Below are positions 26,000 through 30,953 of a stretch of 30,953 nucleotides of DNA, in pieces (within the stretch, counting starts at the first letter, position 1; every line of letters begins with the position of its first letter). The notes under the pieces are model-generated. The model was not told the DNA's origin and made no database searches. It saw only the letters and a program-made list of their open reading frames with translations. The stretch covers positions 1 through 30,953 of the forward strand of contig JAEORO010000114.1 of the NCBI GenBank assembly GCA_016840855.1. Reading direction: 5' to 3'. The stretch comes from Candidatus Thorarchaeota archaeon. GTDB taxonomy: Archaea > Asgardarchaeota > Thorarchaeia > Thorarchaeales > Thorarchaeaceae. A program made the translations under genes and the position numbers.

Positions 26000-27427
26000 T
26001 TGAACGACCAAAGTTATTCTTGGGACACTAGAAGAATAGCAATCCTTGTAGTTACATCAATCGTTGTTAGTTTCATTTTTGTTATGGCGTTCTTAGCATT
26101 CCCCAATGAATCAGCATGGGTAACATTGGGCATGCTTCTACTAATCTTCATTGTGGGTGTGACTTTTATGGTCTTGTCGAGTGCTCCAAAGCTTTCTCAT
26201 GAGGAAAAATATGTATCAAGAACACTGCGAGAGGAGGAAGTGAAACCTGCTTCAGCTCAAGTTCGAAGTGATGAAAAGGAGATCAGCATAATTGCTGTTT
26301 GTGCAATCTTTTTACTAATTTCCATGTTTATCTATATTTTAACTATGGGATCGGGTGGTCTAACATCGTCAATTGGATTCATGACACTTGCATTCGTTGC
26401 TATCGCCTGTATGTGCATGGCATGTTGCTATGAACCAGGAATGAATGGAAAAGAACAAACATCATCGGGAAAAGGAATCACTGCACCTTCCTCAGCAACC
26501 TCAGGAAGAAAAGTCCGTATAAAACAAACTTCAGAGCAATACGAGAGCCTTGCAAGAACTAGTACAGGTCAGTTGTTCTGGCAAACATTAGAAGCTCAAG
26601 AACCAGTCCAGAAGAGAGTCACTTCGAAAGTAAGAGCTCTGCGAGGTGGAGAGATTATTGGAGGTCGTTTCAGATTCAAAGTAAAGGTTCTAAACGAAAG
26701 TCCTTTCACAATTAATGATGTAACTGTATACATCCTATCATACCCCAGAGATACGTTGATCCTTAAGGCCGAGGATGATGATGTATTCTTCTCTAAGATT
26801 GAACCTCAAGGATTTCGAAGTCCCTCCTTTGATTTCCTTCCGACTCAGGATTGTGTACGAGGCGAAATCGTTGCAGGTGTATCCTATGTTGACGCATCTG
26901 GAAAAGCCCACACTTTGACAACCGAGTCTTATACAATCAGAGCTGTTTGTGACCTTTTGCAACCTGAAGCAATCACACCAAAAAGATTCGAACTGAAGCT
27001 CAAAGAACTTGAATCGGGTGAAATCCTATTAAAGGTTGAAGAATGGACACCTGAAGAGATGCAAGAAAAAACACTACGTGTTCTTAGTGATTCAAACTTC
27101 CATGAAGTTTCAAGTGAGGAATCTGTAACAGATGATGTGTTGCATTTCAGAGTTACAGGCTGGGCTAAAGGAAAGTATACTGGAAAGAATGTGGGGGCTG
27201 AAATCTTCATCACAGGTCATGCAGGACAAAAAGGAGCAAGCTGTAGAATCCGTGTGGCAGGTGAAGACGATGCCATGATCCTGCCAGCTATTGACGACTT
27301 GAAAGAAAGACTCTCTGCATATCTATGTCCAATGTGTGGCAGTAAACTTACGTTGGAAAATGTAGAGGATTTGAAAAAGGGTAAGATTGTTCGTTGTCCA
27401 TTTTGTAATGTTTCTATTGGGAGATAG
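26000..27427 (+). CDS. Polytopic (about 4 TM) appendage-like domain / Zn-ribbon protein (paralog 4)
   Basis: TTG start with GGAGG SD; two hydrophobic hairpins, the last ending ACMCMACCY; lacks PIPGV; same C-terminal domain and Zn ribbon. Confidence 0.7.
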   Translation: [475 protein letters not shown]

Positions 27428-27540
27428 TGATAATCTGCGCAATCGATTAATATGTTTTCAAGTAAATCGTCATTCGGGAGACCTCGCCTTGGGGGCGATG
27501 ATTCTTCAAAGACAGAAGTAAATGTGGAATCTGAATAGCA

Positions 27541-30333
27541 ATGAATGGATTTCCTGAAGAAGTCAGATTTCGGTCAACATGGAGACCATACCAAGCTCGA
27601 GTGCTTTCAGAGCTTGAGAATCACCTTGATGACGACAAACTCCATGTTGTTGCTGCACCAGGTTCTGGAAAGACAGTACTTGGTCTTGAAGTTGTACTTC
27701 GAATAAACAAACCTACTTTAATTCTTGCTCCAACCTTGGCAATTCGAGATCAGTGGGTCCAAAGGCTCGTTGAGCTATTTCTGCCACAAAAATCGAAAAC
27801 ACCAGATTGGGTGTCACGAGACCTCATGAATCCAAAGTTCCTCACTGTAGCAACCTATCAAGCATTACATAGTGCGATGAGCCTAAAAGTTGAAGAAGAA
27901 CTGGAAATAGAGGATGAAATTGACGAATACAAGGAATTGGAACACATCGAGAAAGTGGAGGAGGATTTGGAGGAAGAGAATGATATCGAAAGTGACATTC
28001 ATTCATGGCTAGACCAAAATAAGAAGAGAAGTAGGAATGCACCTCTTCCAAACCTTGTTGACACTTTGATAGATATGAGAATAAACACATTAGTTTTGGA
28101 TGAAGCCCATCATCTACGATCGAGTTGGTGGAAAAGTCTCATTTCACTTGTTAAGGGACTAGGACAACCAAAGACGCTTGCACTAACCGCAACACCGCCA
28201 TTTGATGTACCGCCTGCTGAATGGGATCGATACATGGAACTCTGCGGCCCTGTAGACGCACGTATTCCTGTTCCAGAACTCGTAATGGAAGACAACTTAT
28301 GTCCTCACCAGGACCTTGTCGTGTTCTCCACCCCTTCAGAAGCTGAAAGCAAGGAGATAGTGAGATTTCGAACTGAAGTTACAATGTTTGTAAGAAACCT
28401 CCAAACTAGACACCAGTTCAAAGATATCGTTCGAGCCCACAAGTGGTTGAACCCCCCGGCAGCTCATATAGAAGAGATACTTGACCAACCAGAGTTTTTC
28501 TCCAGCTTGCTTGTATACCTTTATCACTTGGGAGTCGAAATACCGAAGTCTGCTCTTGAGATTATTGCTGATTCAGAGAGAGGAATTCCAACATTTAATC
28601 TTGAATGGCTTGAGATTCTCTTGTCAGGTTTATTATATCCAAAGGGTGTTGATCGACCCAGACTAGATCCTCTTCTAGAGAATATACAAGATGAACTAAA
28701 GCGAATAGGGGCTCTTGAGAGAAGAAAAGTTGTTCTCAGAAGTGTTTCATCAATTGATAAGATTCTCAAACAAAGCATATCAAAACTGCAACGGATTGTT
28801 GAGATTACACAAAAAGAGAGCGAAACCCTTGGGGATAATCTGCGGATGGTAATATTGACCGATTACATAAGATTAGCATTCATGCCGCAATCAACCAATG
28901 ACCAACCCTTCTTGAACAAAATTGGAGTTGTTCCAATCTTTGAGTCGATCCGTCGTGCAGGATTGAAATTAGCTAAGATTGGAATTCTAAGTGGGACACT
29001 AGTCGTCATCCCAAAAGACTCTGAAATGATGTTTAGAGAGTGTGCAATGGCTCTTGGCATCAATAGAAATGAAATGAAATTGAGAGCACTCGTTCATGAT
29101 TCAAACTATCTTCAAATAGATGTCAAAGACTCTGAGAAACACAAGATCGTAAGAGCGATGACTGATCTCTTCACGATTGGAGGTGTTAATGTTCTAGTTG
29201 GAACTAAAAGCCTTCTTGGGGAAGGATGGGATGCACCATCAATCAATTCTCTGATACTTGCAAGTTTTGTAGGGTCATATATGCTCTCCAATCAAATGAG
29301 GGGCAGAGCGATACGTAGCGAGCGAGGAAATCCAGACAAGACCGCTAATATTTGGCATTTAGTATGTATCGAGCCAGATTCTATCCAAGCAGGAGAAGAT
29401 TTCGATACAATGCAGCGGAGATTCAAAGCTTTTGTGGGAGTTTCTTCATTGGAACCTGTAATAGAGAATGGCTTCGCGAGATTAGGTATTGGTAAACCAC
29501 CATTCGAAAAAAAGGATCTCAAAGTATTGAATGAACAAATGTTTATGCTTGCAAAGAATCGTGAAGCTATTGAGGAATCATGGGAAAAAGCTCTACGTCG
29601 GGGTGAAGATGGTGTCCGTCTGGTAGAAGACATAGAGGCACAGAAAGTCTACCTTCCGAGAGGATTTGTTTTTAGAAATACAATTTCAGCATTATTCTGG
29701 GAAGGATTGTTTTTTACAGGATATTTCCTTTCTCATGTCCTCGAAAACACTTCTGTAGGATCCCTAGAAGGGCTAATCATCTTCCTGATAATCATATTTA
29801 TCATGTGCATGATAATAATGGCTCCTACAACCTTTAAGGCGATATACCTGTTTATTAAACACGGACCTGTGAAAAGCAGCTTGAATCAAATAGGCACATC
29901 TATCCTAAAGACACTATGCCACATTGGTGAATTTTCTACAGACTATATGAATATGAGAGTGGTTGTTGAAGAAGGAGAATATGGGGAAGTATTTTGTCGG
30001 ATGGATGGCGGTAGCAGTAGAGAGAAATCGGTTTATCTACAAGCACTTCAAGAAGTATTGAATCCAATCGAGAATCCAAGATATTTACTTGTTCGAAAAT
30101 CCTTTTGGTGGAATCATTTCACCCGAAAGGACTATCATACTGTGCCAACTGTAATTGGTGTGAAAAAGGAATACGCCGAATTCTTTGCAGAGATGTGGGC
30201 AAAACATGTTGGTAGAATGGAACTAATCTATACTAGAAATAGAGAGGGGCGAATCGAATTGATCCGAGCCCGTACCAAGTCATTGTCTGCCACATTCAGA
30301 CCTAGGTCAGAGCGTCTCACTCGTTGGAAATGA
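27541..30333 (+). CDS. Superfamily 2 DExH helicase (ResIII/SSL2-like) with C-terminal hydrophobic segments
   Basis: WRPYQ (Q motif), APGSGKT (I), DEAHH (II), LTATPP (III), LLGEGWDAP (V), QMRGRAIR (VI); two hydrophobic stretches near aa 715-765. Confidence 0.88.
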   Translation: MNGFPEEVRFRSTWRPYQARVLSELENHLDDDKLHVVAAPGSGKTVLGLEVVLRINKPTLILAPTLAIRDQWVQRLVELFLPQKSKTPDWVSRDLMNPKFLTVATYQALHSAMSLKVEEELEIEDEIDEYKELEHIEKVEEDLEEENDIESDIHSWLDQNKKRSRNAPLPNLVDTLIDMRINTLVLDEAHHLRSSWWKSLISLVKGLGQPKTLALTATPPFDVPPAEWDRYMELCGPVDARIPVPELVMEDNLCPHQDLVVFSTPSEAESKEIVRFRTEVTMFVRNLQTRHQFKDIVRAHKWLNPPAAHIEEILDQPEFFSSLLVYLYHLGVEIPKSALEIIADSERGIPTFNLEWLEILLSGLLYPKGVDRPRLDPLLENIQDELKRIGALERRKVVLRSVSSIDKILKQSISKLQRIVEITQKESETLGDNLRMVILTDYIRLAFMPQSTNDQPFLNKIGVVPIFESIRRAGLKLAKIGILSGTLVVIPKDSEMMFRECAMALGINRNEMKLRALVHDSNYLQIDVKDSEKHKIVRAMTDLFTIGGVNVLVGTKSLLGEGWDAPSINSLILASFVGSYMLSNQMRGRAIRSERGNPDKTANIWHLVCIEPDSIQAGEDFDTMQRRFKAFVGVSSLEPVIENGFARLGIGKPPFEKKDLKVLNEQMFMLAKNREAIEESWEKALRRGEDGVRLVEDIEAQKVYLPRGFVFRNTISALFWEGLFFTGYFLSHVLENTSVGSLEGLIIFLIIIFIMCMIIMAPTTFKAIYLFIKHGPVKSSLNQIGTSILKTLCHIGEFSTDYMNMRVVVEEGEYGEVFCRMDGGSSREKSVYLQALQEVLNPIENPRYLLVRKSFWWNHFTRKDYHTVPTVIGVKKEYAEFFAEMWAKHVGRMELIYTRNREGRIELIRARTKSLSATFRPRSERLTRWK

Positions 30334-30398
30334 AAACCAAAGAAGTGATATTGGATGTGATGTTCGACTGAGTACCATCACATCCAGTTCTAGAATAT

Positions 30399-30953
30399 TT
30401 ATGCAAATCCTCGACCTGGGCTTCGTCCCAACTTGAGTTGCGCATAGCGCGCATCATCATGAGGAGCTGCTCCAGTCAGCTGTCTTTGCAGTTTTTTATA
30501 TTCATCCTCACAGGTGGATTCTAGCTGAAACTTCGTAAGACTTAATCTGATTTCATCCCTGTCGATCGACTCAATGAAGTGTGGCGGGACGAGAAGATCA
30601 ATGTCAGGTTGTGCTTTCAAACGCTCAAGAAGCTCCTCGAAAAAGCCTCCACCTAAAACGAGCCACATCACATTGTCAGCATCATACCATATGTCAATAA
30701 CAAAACCAACTTTAATACCATCAGAATCAATGACTTTTACATCTGATAACTTTGAGAATGTCATGTAGGTCTCTGCTAATACTCCAGGATCAAGAGTTTT
30801 CTTAAGAGACTCACCATCAACCTTCAGATAGACTTTGTCGGAAATGGAGTCTACATCTTCAAGTCTGACCACTGGATCAATGTCAGGTCGTGCACCAATT
30901 TTTTCTAGAAACTCCTCTATCCGTCCACCACCAAGCACAACATACTTCAGATC
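30399..30953 (-). CDS. Tandem PRC-barrel domain protein, 5'-truncated by window edge
   Basis: Frame open to the window end (DLKYVVLGGG...); SKLSDVKVIDSDGIKVGFVIDIWYD PRC-barrel signature; internal repeat LGGG..EE.LE...A.PDID. Confidence 0.8.
   Translation of the reverse strand, partial: DLKYVVLGGGRIEEFLEKIGARPDIDPVVRLEDVDSISDKVYLKVDGESLKKTLDPGVLAETYMTFSKLSDVKVIDSDGIKVGFVIDIWYDADNVMWLVLGGGFFEELLERLKAQPDIDLLVPPHFIESIDRDEIRLSLTKFQLESTCEDEYKKLQRQLTGAAPHDDARYAQLKLGRSPGRGFA

Noticed and set aside
27452-27538. 28-codon ORF (MFSSKSSFGRPRLGGDDSSKTEVNVESE) with a small GC hairpin just before the helicase
   Set aside because: No SD or other support; a length expected by chance. Cannot be excluded without conservation data.
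1-30953. CRISPR arrays, IS elements, rRNA, and the many short antisense ORFs in the track
   Set aside because: No regularly spaced repeats, transposase motifs or rRNA-like sequence seen; the short ORFs are shadows of well-supported genes.

Overview
Archaeal chromosomal segment, most likely from an Asgard archaeon (Thorarchaeia-like; inferred from gene content, not proven). Left half: the 3' end of an acyl-CoA synthetase, a membrane-anchored secreted protein flanked by a 27-bp direct repeat, and a ~10.3-kb minus-strand operon for a heterodisulfide reductase / group 3c hydrogenase system (hdrL-type hdrA, hdrC, hdrB, two complementary hdrA paralogs, mvhD, a small wHTH protein, mvhG, a C-terminally split mvhA/vhuA). 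The operon ends in a small gene missing from the ORF track, vhuU (2239-2087). It has an in-frame UGA (selenocysteine) at the Ni-ligand position, a hairpin just after that UGA, and a eukaryote-type SECIS whose AUGA core is the gene's own UGA stop codon. Middle: GTP-dependent PEP carboxykinase, a NosD/beta-helix surface protein and an aldehyde:ferredoxin oxidoreductase. Right half: four paralogous membrane-anchored proteins whose conserved domain reads like a beta-COP/adaptin appendage (ear) plus a Zn ribbon, interleaved with two paralogous surface glycoproteins and an EamA transporter, then an SF2 helicase with hydrophobic segments and a partial PRC-barrel protein. No rRNA, tRNA, CRISPR array, transposase or integrase was recognised. 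All calls come from reading motifs by eye; no searches were run.
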